NCBI GenBank assembly: GCA_965215505.1
Contig: OZ244065.1
Span: 1,120,001 to 1,184,000, forward strand
Origin: Capsulimonadaceae bacterium
Lineage (GTDB): Bacteria; Armatimonadota; Armatimonadia; Armatimonadales; Capsulimonadaceae
Direction: 5' to 3'
DNA: 64,000 nt
Of this stretch, positions 50,929-59,825 are shown piece after piece (the first letter of the stretch is position 1; every line of letters begins with the position of its first letter). The translations under genes were made by a program, and so were the position numbers. The notes under the pieces are model-generated. The model was given only the letters and a program-made list of their open reading frames with translations. It was not told where the DNA came from and did not search any database.

Positions 50929-51702
50929 GTGAACGAAACCCAGAAATGGCCCGACCGCCTGTGGATCGTCCGCCACGGCGAGAGCGCGGGCAATGTCGCC
51001 CGCGACGCCGCCGAGGCCGCCGGCCGCCCCGTCATTGACATCGCCACGCGCGACGCCGACGTGCCCCTGTCCGCGCTGGGCGAGAGGCAGGCGCGTGTTC
51101 TGGGCGAGTGGCTGGGCCGCCTGCCGCCGGGCGAGGTGCCGACGGTGGTGCGGGCCTCCCCCTATGTCCGCGCCCGGCAGACGGCGTCCATCGCTTTGGA
51201 GGCGGCGGGCCTGTTCCGGGACGAGGAGACGCTGACCGTGGACGAGCGCCTGCGGGAGCGGGAGTTTGGCATCCTGGACCGGCTGACCCACGCGGGCATC
51301 GTCGAGAAGTACCCGGAGCAGGCCGAACTGCGCCGCCTGCTGGGCAAGTTCTACCACCGCCCGCCCGGAGGCGAGAGCTGGTGCGACGTCATCCTGCGCC
51401 TGCGGTCACTGGTGGACACCTTGACCCGCGACTATCGGGGCGAACGGGTCCTACTGGTCTGTCATTCGGTCGTCATCCTGTGCTTCCGCTACTTGCTGGA
51501 GCGGATGACGGAGGAGCAGATACTGGAAGTAGACCGGCTGAACGAGGTCGCCAACTGCTCGGTGACGTCCTACGCCTTCGACCTGGAGCGCGGGCGGCAC
51601 GGCAAGCTGGTCCTGCGCGAGTTCAACTTCTCCGCCCCGCTGGAAGACGCGGGCGAGGAGGTCACGACCGAACCCGACGCCCGCCCCGCGAAAACAACCT
51701 AG
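50929..51702 (+). CDS. Histidine phosphatase (phosphoglycerate mutase family)
   Basis: RHGES, SPYVRARQT, RLRERE, GGES, VCHS; GTG start with GGAG. Confidence 0.92.
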   Translation: MNETQKWPDRLWIVRHGESAGNVARDAAEAAGRPVIDIATRDADVPLSALGERQARVLGEWLGRLPPGEVPTVVRASPYVRARQTASIALEAAGLFRDEETLTVDERLREREFGILDRLTHAGIVEKYPEQAELRRLLGKFYHRPPGGESWCDVILRLRSLVDTLTRDYRGERVLLVCHSVVILCFRYLLERMTEEQILEVDRLNEVANCSVTSYAFDLERGRHGKLVLREFNFSAPLEDAGEEVTTEPDARPAKTT

Positions 51703-51714
51703 GAAAGCAAGATT

Positions 51715-52614
51715 ATGAAGCACCCCGCCGCGACCGCCGTCACGCCCGCCCTGCTTCGGGACTGGGCACTGCCCCAGCACGATGAAGGCGACGACAAGGA
51801 AGGCCGGGGGCGCATCTTCGTCGTCGGCGGCTCGGCGCAGATCCCCGGCGCGATCCTGCTGGCGGCCCTGGCCTCGCTTCGCGCGGGCGCGGGTCAGCTC
51901 AAGATCGCGACGGCTCAGTCCATCGCCGCTCACGTCGCCGTCGCCGTCCCCGAGTCCTGGGTGCTTCCCCTGCCCGAAACAAGGTCGGGCGGCTTTGACC
52001 CGGCCTGCGCGGACGAGATCGCCGAGAACGCGAACAACGCCAACGCCGTCCTGTTCGGGCCGGGCATGATGGACCCGGAGGCGACCAGCCGCCTACTCCA
52101 CGCCGCCCTGCCGCAGATCCGGAAGCCGACGCTGGTGCTGGACGCTGCGCCGCTGGCCTGCCTGGGGGACGCGCCGGACCTGCTGCACTCGCTGGGAGGC
52201 AACGTCATCGTCACGCCCCACGCGGGCGAGATGGCGGCGATGCTAGGGCGGGACAAGGGGGAGATCAAGGCGGACCCGCAGGGAGCCGCCCTGGAGGCCG
52301 CCGCCAGCCTCCAGGCGGTGGTCGCCATGAAGGGCAGCCAGACCTTTATCGCCGCCCCGGACGGCCAGGTCTATCTTAACCGCTACGGCAACGTCGGCCT
52401 GGCGACTTCGGGGTCGGGGGACACTCTAGCGGGGATCATCGCCGGGTTGGCCGCGCGCGGCGCGCACCCGATGCAGGCGACGGTCTGGGGCGTCTATCTC
52501 CATGCGCGGGCTGGGGACGTGCTGGCGAAGCGCGTCGGCCCGCTGGGATTTTTAGCCCGTGAGCTTCTAGCCGAAATCCCCGCGCTGATGTGCGGGCTGG
52601 GCAAGGACTCGTAA
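51715..52614 (+). CDS. nnrD: ADP-dependent NAD(P)H-hydrate dehydratase
   Basis: RGRIFVVGGS, GPGM, LDA, TPHAGE, LATSGSGDTLAG. Confidence 0.9.
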   Translation: MKHPAATAVTPALLRDWALPQHDEGDDKEGRGRIFVVGGSAQIPGAILLAALASLRAGAGQLKIATAQSIAAHVAVAVPESWVLPLPETRSGGFDPACADEIAENANNANAVLFGPGMMDPEATSRLLHAALPQIRKPTLVLDAAPLACLGDAPDLLHSLGGNVIVTPHAGEMAAMLGRDKGEIKADPQGAALEAAASLQAVVAMKGSQTFIAAPDGQVYLNRYGNVGLATSGSGDTLAGIIAGLAARGAHPMQATVWGVYLHARAGDVLAKRVGPLGFLARELLAEIPALMCGLGKDS

Positions 52615-52629
52615 GGGCGCGGACGGACC

Positions 52630-52654
52630 GTAGGGGCGCGATGAATTGCGGCCC
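52630..52654. repeat. GTAG REP-like palindrome
   Basis: GTAGGGGCGCGATGAATTGCGGCCC, related to 5229-5252. Confidence 0.65.
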
Positions 52655-53115
52655 TATGGTCCGTCCGGCCCCTCAACGATGGCCTTCAGGTTCCGGTTGC
52701 GCCTGACTAGGAAGCGCAGCATGTAGCGCTTCAGGAACAGCGTATCGGCCAGGACGCCGAGCGGGCCGAGCGGCGAGGTCCACGTCAGGGCGTCCCGCAT
52801 CAGCGTCCCGTCCTCTATGGCCGTGAACGTGTGGACGTGGCACAGGCTCTGGAACGCACCCGAGAGGGACTCGTCGGCGAACAGGACGGGCCGGTCGAGT
52901 TCCGTGATGCGGGATGAGAGCCGCTGCCGGACGCCCAAGTGGGTCGCCTCAAAAGTCAGCACGTCCCCCAGTTCCGCCATTCCCCCCGTTTTCTCCCCAA
53001 CCAGCTTCTCGCGCGTGTGCGACAGCGTCCGCATATGAATGTCCAGGTCACGGCACAGATCGAAGCAGCGCTCGATGGGCGCGTGGATTTCAGTCACTAG
53101 GGTCAAAGTCGGCAA
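52654..53115 (-). CDS. SRPBCC-family protein
   Basis: IHAPIERCFDL, ATHLGVRQRL, HVHTF, GPLGVLAD; TTG start with AAGGAG. Confidence 0.85.
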   Translation of the reverse strand: MPTLTLVTEIHAPIERCFDLCRDLDIHMRTLSHTREKLVGEKTGGMAELGDVLTFEATHLGVRQRLSSRITELDRPVLFADESLSGAFQSLCHVHTFTAIEDGTLMRDALTWTSPLGPLGVLADTLFLKRYMLRFLVRRNRNLKAIVEGPDGP

Positions 53116-53237
53116 GATCGGTGGTCTCCTTTGGTTCAGTAGTGCGTTATGAACGCCTCATGCGCGCTGAGACAAAGCCTTCAACCCCAGCGCCGCCTCG
53201 CGCGTTCCATACCTTTGCAGGGATATCACATGAAATG

Positions 53238-53266
53238 TTGACGCGCGGCTGAAACTATGCTACAGT
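53238..53266 (+). promoter_or_regulatory. Promoter TTGACG-N17-(TGc)TACAGT giving an approximately 200-nt 5' leader
   Basis: Boxes at 53238-53243 and 53261-53266; probable ATG at 53470. Confidence 0.55.
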
Positions 53267-53469
53267 GTATCTGGCCGGGCGATCTGCTGCAAATTTCGGC
53301 CGCCTGATGTCCGCACATTGACCAGCGTTTCGGTCAGGGAATGGCTGTTTCATGCCGCCATTCTGCCCTTTTAATTCTTGTTGACGGCATTCCGCCCAGA
53401 GTATCGGGCGCGTCCGCCCGGTGGCCTTTGCCCGGCAGAGCCGCCTCAGATAGTCCAAATGGAGACAGA

Positions 53470-56286
53470 ATGAGATCACTTCCGCCCATGTCCGCCCTGG
53501 CTCTTGGTGCCGCCGCCGTCGCTCTGCTTGGAGGGGGTGCCGCCGCCCAGACGCCCCTGGTTCCGCAAGCCGCCGTCCACCAACATCGGCTTGCCGTTCC
53601 CGTCGCCCCGCCCCCCGCTGCGCCCATCCTCTCGGGTGTCAGCGCCATGTCCGCTCCGATTCCGGGCAGCGCCGCCACGAGCGGCCTGCTGGTGCCGCGC
53701 ACCGGCCTCAGCGTGTCGCCCGCCGGCGATTTCTCGTCCGCGCTGATGCCGCCCGTCGTCAGCCCTCTCTCTGCGCTCAGGGGCGTGTTCAGCGCGAGCG
53801 CCTCGACCGGATGGACGTTCGCCGGGCCGGACGGCATCCTGAACGACACCGGCGCGGTTGACGCGGTCGGGGAAACCGCCTCGGGCCGCGTCGCGGCCAT
53901 CGCCGCTGACCCGACCGACGCCACGGACAACACTTTTTATGTGGGCGCGGCCGGGGGCGGCGTCTGGAAGACCACGAACGGCGGCGCGAGCTACATCCCG
54001 CTGACCGACTTCCTGGGCGACACGGCCACCGGCAGCATCGCGGTCGCCCCGAGCGACCACAGCACCCTCTACGTCGGCACCGGCGAGGCCAACTTCTCCG
54101 GCGACTCCAAGTACGGGATCGGCCTGCTGAAGTCCACGGACGGCGGGGCGACCTGGTCGGTCATCCCCGGCCCCGGCGGCGTATTCAACCGCCGCAGCAT
54201 CTCCAAGGTGGTCGTTGACCCGACCAGCGCTTCCACGGTCTATCTGACCATCACCTACAGTGCGAACGGCTTCACCGGCAGCTCGGGCGTCTGGAAGAGC
54301 GTTGACGGCGGCCAGACATGGGCGAACACCACGGCGCTTGTCGGCCTCGACCAGACGAACCCGTACACGGACCTGGTGATTGACCCCATCCACCCGCAGA
54401 CGCTCTACACGGCGGTCGGCTATATCTTTGGGGCCGGTACGAACGGCGTCTACAAGACCACCAACGGGGGCACGACATGGACGCTCCTGAGCGGCCTGCC
54501 CGCGTCGGGATCGAGTACGGGGCGCATCTCGCTCGCCCTGGCGGCTTCGGCACCGCAGACGCTTTACGCCTCGGTCGCCCAGACCATTGGGGCCGGGGCC
54601 GGGCTGTTCGGCCTGTACAAGACGACCGACGGCGGGGCGACCTGGGCGCAGATGACGGCCGCGCCGAACTATCTGGGCGGGCAGGGCTGGTATGATGACG
54701 CGGTCGTGGTCAGCCCCACGGACCCCAACACCGTCTTCGTCGGCGGCGTGGTCAACTACAGCGGGACCTACGGCAGCCTGTTTGCGCTGGCCGGCTCGCA
54801 CGACGGCGGCGTCACCTTCCAGGACTTCTCCATCGGACAGGGCACGCAGGGGCCGCACACGGACTTGCACGCGCTGACCTTCACCGCAGACGGCACCAAA
54901 ATGCTCGACGGCAACGACGGTGGCATCTGGCGGCTGGAGAATCCGTATTCCAACCCCGGCTCGGGCGGCACCGTCAGCCTCACCACGGTGAACTGGACCG
55001 ACCTGAACACCAACCTGGACACGGTCCAGTTCACCGGCATCGCGCTCCACCCGACCGACCCGAAGACCGCCTACGGCGGCTCGCAGGACAACGGCACGGA
55101 GAAAACCACCGGCACCCTGCCGTGGACCGCCGTGCGCGGTGGGGACGGCGGCTTCGTGCGCGTGGACCAGTCCAACCCGCTGACGGTCTACCACGAGTAC
55201 TACGGCATCTCGCTGGAGCGCTCGGATGACGGCGGCGTGACCTGGCGCGGCAGGACGAGCGGCATCAACAAGAGCGACCCGCAGCCCGCCGACGGCGAGG
55301 ACCCGGCGGCCTTCTATGTCCCCTACAAGCTGGACCCGGCCAACCAGTCGCGCGTCATCTATGGCACCGATCATGTCTACGAGTCGGTCAACAAGGGCAA
55401 CAACTTCACCACCATCGGCACGCCGGGCGTGAACGGCTTCAACCCCGGCGATGCGGTCATCAACACCCTGGGCGTCGCTGGCCCCACGGCCTCCTCCCCC
55501 GGCGCGATCTATGTCGCGGCCGGCGGGCACCTTTATGCGACATTCAACGACGGCTCGGCCTGGACCGACGTCAGCATCCCCGGCATCACGCCCTCCTTCA
55601 GCGACATCTACGTCAACCCGCTTGACACCGCCGACGTGATCGCCGCCGTCGGGTCGTTCGGGGGCGGCAAGGTCTACCGCTCCACGAACGGCGGCCAGGC
55701 TTGGGCCAGCATCAGCACGGGCCTGCCGGATGAGCCGTTCAACGCCGTCCTCGCGGACAAAGTCGCCGGCGTTTTGTATGCCGGCGGCGACGACGGCGTC
55801 TACTCCAGCACCAACTTCGGCGGCTCCTGGACCAAACTCAGTACCGGCCTGCCCACCGTGCAGGTCGTGGACCTCGCGCTGACGAACGCGACCGGCATTC
55901 TTGCTGCGGGCACCCACGGGCGCGGCATGTGGACGCTCCCGCTTTCCACCATCCTCGCCAAGCCCAACGTCGCCTTCGGCACCGCCTTCGCCCGCGTCGG
56001 CGGCGTCTTGCAGCTCACGGTCACGCTCCGCAACGCCGGCACGGCCAACACGCCCGTCGGCGTCGGGGCCGCCGACGCCTTCAACCCCGTCATGACCCGC
56101 GTCACCCTCAACGGGGTCGCCGGGGTCCCCGGCACGGGCACCGTCGCCGTCATCCCCGCTTACGGTCAGGCCACCCCGCTCACCTACACCTTCCCCGGTG
56201 CCGCGGCGGGCGCGGGCGTCCTCCAGATCGCCGGCACTTACACCGGCGGCAGTTTCGGCGGCACCATCCGCGTCACCGCGCCCTAG
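53470..56286 (+). CDS. Secreted BNR/Asp-box beta-propeller protein (GH74/sortilin-like)
   Basis: Signal peptide; many S/TxDGGxTW repeats; GSQDNG, GTHGRGMW; GGAG SD. Confidence 0.85.
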   Translation: MRSLPPMSALALGAAAVALLGGGAAAQTPLVPQAAVHQHRLAVPVAPPPAAPILSGVSAMSAPIPGSAATSGLLVPRTGLSVSPAGDFSSALMPPVVSPLSALRGVFSASASTGWTFAGPDGILNDTGAVDAVGETASGRVAAIAADPTDATDNTFYVGAAGGGVWKTTNGGASYIPLTDFLGDTATGSIAVAPSDHSTLYVGTGEANFSGDSKYGIGLLKSTDGGATWSVIPGPGGVFNRRSISKVVVDPTSASTVYLTITYSANGFTGSSGVWKSVDGGQTWANTTALVGLDQTNPYTDLVIDPIHPQTLYTAVGYIFGAGTNGVYKTTNGGTTWTLLSGLPASGSSTGRISLALAASAPQTLYASVAQTIGAGAGLFGLYKTTDGGATWAQMTAAPNYLGGQGWYDDAVVVSPTDPNTVFVGGVVNYSGTYGSLFALAGSHDGGVTFQDFSIGQGTQGPHTDLHALTFTADGTKMLDGNDGGIWRLENPYSNPGSGGTVSLTTVNWTDLNTNLDTVQFTGIALHPTDPKTAYGGSQDNGTEKTTGTLPWTAVRGGDGGFVRVDQSNPLTVYHEYYGISLERSDDGGVTWRGRTSGINKSDPQPADGEDPAAFYVPYKLDPANQSRVIYGTDHVYESVNKGNNFTTIGTPGVNGFNPGDAVINTLGVAGPTASSPGAIYVAAGGHLYATFNDGSAWTDVSIPGITPSFSDIYVNPLDTADVIAAVGSFGGGKVYRSTNGGQAWASISTGLPDEPFNAVLADKVAGVLYAGGDDGVYSSTNFGGSWTKLSTGLPTVQVVDLALTNATGILAAGTHGRGMWTLPLSTILAKPNVAFGTAFARVGGVLQLTVTLRNAGTANTPVGVGAADAFNPVMTRVTLNGVAGVPGTGTVAVIPAYGQATPLTYTFPGAAAGAGVLQIAGTYTGGSFGGTIRVTAP

Positions 56287-56315
56287 CCATACGGCAGACG
56301 AAAGAGGACGATCCT

Positions 56316-56882
56316 ATGGAACTAAAACAAACATCCTTCCCCTGCGGCGTGCGGCGCGCGGGCCTGCTGGCCGCCGCCGTGGGCCTGCTGCTGGCCCCGG
56401 CGCTCGCCCGCGCCCAGAGCGTGACGCTCACCTTCCTCAAGCCCGAGCAGTCGGTCTTCCCCAACGGCCCGGTGACCTTCTTCGGCACCATCACGAACAA
56501 CAGCCGCGTCACCGAAACCCTCACCGGCTTCGACTTCGGCGGTCTGGGACAAGACTTCGGCGGGGCGGGCCTGACGGCGGACGCCACGCCCTTCTTCAAC
56601 ATCACCCCGCTCCAACTGACGGCGGGACAGTCCACCGGCTTCGTCAGCCTGTTCACGGTGACCGAAACCCCCGGCACGCTGACCGGGAGTTATGTGAACG
56701 AGTTCGACATCGAGGGTGGGACGGACCCCACAGCCAGCGACCTGCTCGGCGGGGCGCAGTTCACCGTGGACGCCGTGGCCCCGGTGCCCGAAACCTCCAC
56801 GGCGGCCTCGTTCGGGCTGCTGCTGCTGTCGGGTGCGGCGGTTCTGGTCGTCCGGGCGCGTCGAAAATCCTCCCGCGCGTGA
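56316..56882 (+). CDS. PEP-CTERM-type sorting-signal protein
   Basis: Signal peptide; C-terminal VPETST + TM + RARRK. Confidence 0.8.
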   Translation: MELKQTSFPCGVRRAGLLAAAVGLLLAPALARAQSVTLTFLKPEQSVFPNGPVTFFGTITNNSRVTETLTGFDFGGLGQDFGGAGLTADATPFFNITPLQLTAGQSTGFVSLFTVTETPGTLTGSYVNEFDIEGGTDPTASDLLGGAQFTVDAVAPVPETSTAASFGLLLLSGAAVLVVRARRKSSRA

Positions 56883-56907
56883 GGCGGGCGGGAGTAAAAG
56901 AAGGAAT

Positions 56908-56940
56908 GGGGCCGGGCCGGAGTGATCCGGCCCGGCCCCT
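56908..56940. terminator. Hairpin between convergent genes
   Basis: GGGGCCGGGCCGGA..TCCGGCCCGGCCCC. Confidence 0.65.
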
Positions 56941-56968
56941 GTCTTGTGTCCCATCCTGGATCACCCCG

Positions 56969-57943
56969 TCAGGGGGCGGACACCGCGCCGGTTTCGGCGT
57001 CAATCGTCCACGGGCGATCCGGGGCCACCGACATTGTACCGTCTTTGATCGTGAGCGGCAGCCAGACGTAGCGGGAGTCGGTCAGGTTTTTGGGGTTCCA
57101 CCGGTCGCCGAGGTAGAGGTAGCTGGTCGTTTTGCTGCCGAAGACCAGCAGGATGTAGGCCGTCTGCGAGTCGTAGGTCTTGGTCGCCGGCGGCGCGATG
57201 TCCTTGAAGTCCGACCACGGCCCGGCCATCGAGGGGGCGGTCGCGTACTGGTTCGGGTTCGTGTTCCAGCCCGTCAAACGCGATCCGAGCAGATAGTAGG
57301 TCCCGGCGACCTTGACCACGGCGGGTGCCTCATAGTGCTTGGGGATGAGGGCGACCTCCTTCTCGACGCCGTAGCCCTCCGGCGAGAGCCTCATGAGGGA
57401 GACGCCGCGCTGGCGGTCTTCGAAGACCAGGTAGTTGGTGCCGTCCGTGTCCTGGAACAAGGTCATGTCCCGGCTCTGGTGCCCCGACGGCCCGAAACTG
57501 CCGAGGTAGGTGTAAGGGCCGGTGACAGCCCGGCTCGTCGCCACGCCCACTTTTGCCCCCCCGTAGTTCGCCGAGTCGATGTGCAGGTACATGATGTAGT
57601 TGTGCGTCAGCCGGTTGAAGATCACCTTGGGCCGCTCCACCACGCGGTTCGGCCCCAGGTCGCCGTCGGCCTGGAGGGTCAGGGCGTTGCACTGGAACGT
57701 CCAGTGCGCGAGGTCCGTGGAAGCGTAGCACTTGACGTTTTGGAACGAATACCCCTTCGTCTTGTCCTCGCCGAACCAGTAGAAGGTCTTCCCCACCTGG
57801 ATCATCCCCGCCCCGTGCGCCTGGATGATGTTGCCCGATGTGTCGTGCCAGACCGCGCCCGGCGCGATGGCCTGCGGGGCGGCGTGTGCGGCGGGCGGTA
57901 GGCAGAGGCACAGGGCCAGCGCCCATGCGTTTCTTGTTGACAT
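56969..57943 (-). CDS. Glycoside hydrolase family 43 (subfamily 24-like)
   Basis: IQAHGAG, YWFGE, VERPKV, SRDMTLF, EAPA, TGWNTN, GDRW. Confidence 0.9.
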   Translation of the reverse strand: MSTRNAWALALCLCLPPAAHAAPQAIAPGAVWHDTSGNIIQAHGAGMIQVGKTFYWFGEDKTKGYSFQNVKCYASTDLAHWTFQCNALTLQADGDLGPNRVVERPKVIFNRLTHNYIMYLHIDSANYGGAKVGVATSRAVTGPYTYLGSFGPSGHQSRDMTLFQDTDGTNYLVFEDRQRGVSLMRLSPEGYGVEKEVALIPKHYEAPAVVKVAGTYYLLGSRLTGWNTNPNQYATAPSMAGPWSDFKDIAPPATKTYDSQTAYILLVFGSKTTSYLYLGDRWNPKNLTDSRYVWLPLTIKDGTMSVAPDRPWTIDAETGAVSAP

Positions 57944-57949
57944 TCACCC

Positions 57950-57978
57950 ATTATAGACGCGGCGGCCAGGCCTGTCAA
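57950..57978 (-). promoter_or_regulatory. Consensus promoter TTGACA-N17-TATAAT; leaderless GH43 mRNA
   Basis: -10 box 6 nt from ATG 57943. Confidence 0.8.
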
Positions 57979-58108
57979 CCTCACGCCCGGCGTGCGGCCT
58001 CGCGCACAGGTTTCCGCCGGTGCCCCAGCGGGAATGCTTGACGTGTCGCCCCATCCCCCGGCATCGCCGGGCAATCCTGATCGTGGGGCGGGGAATGGGA
58101 GGAGCAGC

Positions 58109-58639
58109 GTGGCTGATCTGATTACGGGAATGTTTCTGGACCGGGCTGCGGCGGAGCGCGCCGTGGCCGACTTGCAGCAGCTCGGGTATGGGCAGGGCGA
58201 CATCAGCGTCATGATGCACGACCAGACGCGCGCGCGGGACTTCGCGACGGACACCGGCACCAAGGCGGCGGAGGGCGCGGGCGTCGGCGCGGGCATCGGC
58301 GGCACATTGGGCGCGATCATCGCCGCCGTGACCGCGACCGGCAGCGTGGCGGCCGTGGCGGCGACGGGGGGGTTGGCAGCCCCGCTGGTGGCCGGGCCGC
58401 TTGCGGCGGCCCTGGCCGGGGCGGGCGCGGGCGGCCTGGGCGGCGGGCTGATCGGCGGCCTGATTGGGGCTGGCATCCCACAGGACCGGGCGGCGCAGTA
58501 CGAAACCGACCTGAACGCGGGCGGCATCCTGGTGGGGGTCCACGCCAGCGCCGTCAACGCCGCTGAGGTGCAGCGGGTGCTGATGTCCGACGGCGCGGTG
58601 GACGTGCAGGCGGAAGCGGTCGCGAACGGGGCGGTGTAG
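58109..58639 (+). CDS. General stress protein-like, glycine-zipper membrane protein
   Basis: AERAVADL..DISV, GAGIGG..AGPLAAAL..GLIGAGIP..Y..GGILV; GGAGG SD. Confidence 0.8.
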   Translation: MADLITGMFLDRAAAERAVADLQQLGYGQGDISVMMHDQTRARDFATDTGTKAAEGAGVGAGIGGTLGAIIAAVTATGSVAAVAATGGLAAPLVAGPLAAALAGAGAGGLGGGLIGGLIGAGIPQDRAAQYETDLNAGGILVGVHASAVNAAEVQRVLMSDGAVDVQAEAVANGAV

Positions 58640-58640
58640 G

Positions 58641-58680
58641 CCCCCCCACCCCAACCCCTCCCGCGAGCGGGAGAGGGGAG
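58641..58680. repeat. CCCCACCCC..CCCTCCC..GGGAGAGGGG extragenic repeat
   Basis: Similar to 6349-6389. Confidence 0.6.
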
Positions 58681-58768
58681 TTAGACATAAGGGGGTCAGA
58701 CAGAGAGCAGGCGGCTACCCTTTGGGTGACCGCCTGTTCTTGTTTGGGGGGCGTGGTACAATAGGCGC

Positions 58769-59242
58769 ATGGCAGAGAATGACAAAGGGAATGACAACGA
58801 GGCAGAAGCGCCGGTCTGGAACCTGAGCGTCGGGGAATGGGAGACGCTGGTGCGGCGGGCGCGGGCAACGGGCGACGCCCTGGACGACGGGGCCTATGTA
58901 CGGGTGGATACCGAGACGGGCGGGGCGGAACTGGTCTTCTATGCCTCGGCCCTGAACCGGCCGGCGGGCTGGGCGTACCCGTTCCTGGAGACGATCACGG
59001 GCAGCCGCCGGCTGGGGGCTTCGGTGGGCCGGGCGTGGCACGAGGCGGAGACAGGCTCCGTGCAGTTCGAGGTGGCCGTGGTGGCGGCGGCGCAGGAGTT
59101 GGCGGCGGACTATGAGAGCGGGGCATCGGATTTGGACTGGGTGACGTATGAGCAGGCGGTGGCGCGGGCGGTGCGTGGCACGGCAGCGGACGCGGCGTGG
59201 CTGTACCAGGAGTTCGGGCGGCTGGCGACCCTGGAGGGGTAG
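58769..59242 (+). CDS. Hypothetical protein
   Basis: 157 aa; TGgTACAAT 6 nt before the ATG. Confidence 0.7.
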   Translation: MAENDKGNDNEAEAPVWNLSVGEWETLVRRARATGDALDDGAYVRVDTETGGAELVFYASALNRPAGWAYPFLETITGSRRLGASVGRAWHEAETGSVQFEVAVVAAAQELAADYESGASDLDWVTYEQAVARAVRGTAADAAWLYQEFGRLATLEG

Positions 59243-59264
59243 AACACGCGGAGGTAGAACACGC

Positions 59265-59352
59265 AGAAGGGCGCACACCCAGGTGCGCCCCTACGGGCGC
59301 AAGGCCGTTGCATCCTGACCGTGTAGGGGCGCACCTGGGTGTGCGCCCTTCT
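59265..59352. repeat. REPIN-like doublet: perfect 30-bp inverted GTAG REPs with a 28-bp spacer
   Basis: AGAAGGGCGCACACCCAGGTGCGCCCCTAC (59265-59294) and its exact reverse complement (59323-59352). Confidence 0.85.
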
Positions 59353-59366
59353 CTCTCCCGTGCGCC

Positions 59367-59825
59367 CTAATCCACCAGCACCAGCCCCGCGACGCAGTTC
59401 GACTCCAGGGCGTGGACGTAACGGCGCAGGTCGGCGTCGAGTTCGCGCCGGAACTTGCGGCTGAGGCCGAGCGACTCGGCGATGTCGGGCAGGAAGCCCG
59501 GCGGGTCGTAGGCGACGGTGACGGTCAGCGTGACGCCCTTGCCTTTGGGGAGCGCGTCCAGCCGCAAGGACAGGACGTACAGGAACAGCGCGCCGGCGGA
59601 CTGCCAGCAGAGGGTGTTGTCGGCACACATCGTCCGCTCGGCGGCGAATTCCAGGTGGCGGCCTTCCAGGCAGATGACCAGCGCAGCGACGTCCTCGTGG
59701 CCGCCCGGCTCGGCGGCTCGGACGTGCGACAGCAGGCGCGGCAGGGCGCGGACGTCGTTCCACTCGGCCCAGATGTCGCGCCAGGGGACGTTCGCGGTCA
59801 GGGCGACCTCATGCGTGAACTGCAT
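59367..59825 (-). CDS. SRPBCC/polyketide cyclase-like protein
   Basis: WNDVRALPRLLSHV, LCWQS, VAYDPP, DLRRY; coupled to the serS stop. Confidence 0.7.
   Translation of the reverse strand: MQFTHEVALTANVPWRDIWAEWNDVRALPRLLSHVRAAEPGGHEDVAALVICLEGRHLEFAAERTMCADNTLCWQSAGALFLYVLSLRLDALPKGKGVTLTVTVAYDPPGFLPDIAESLGLSRKFRRELDADLRRYVHALESNCVAGLVLVD

Noticed and set aside
59235-59265. Short direct repeat GGTAGAACACGC at a gene end
   Set aside because: Only two copies beside a REP doublet; most likely local slippage
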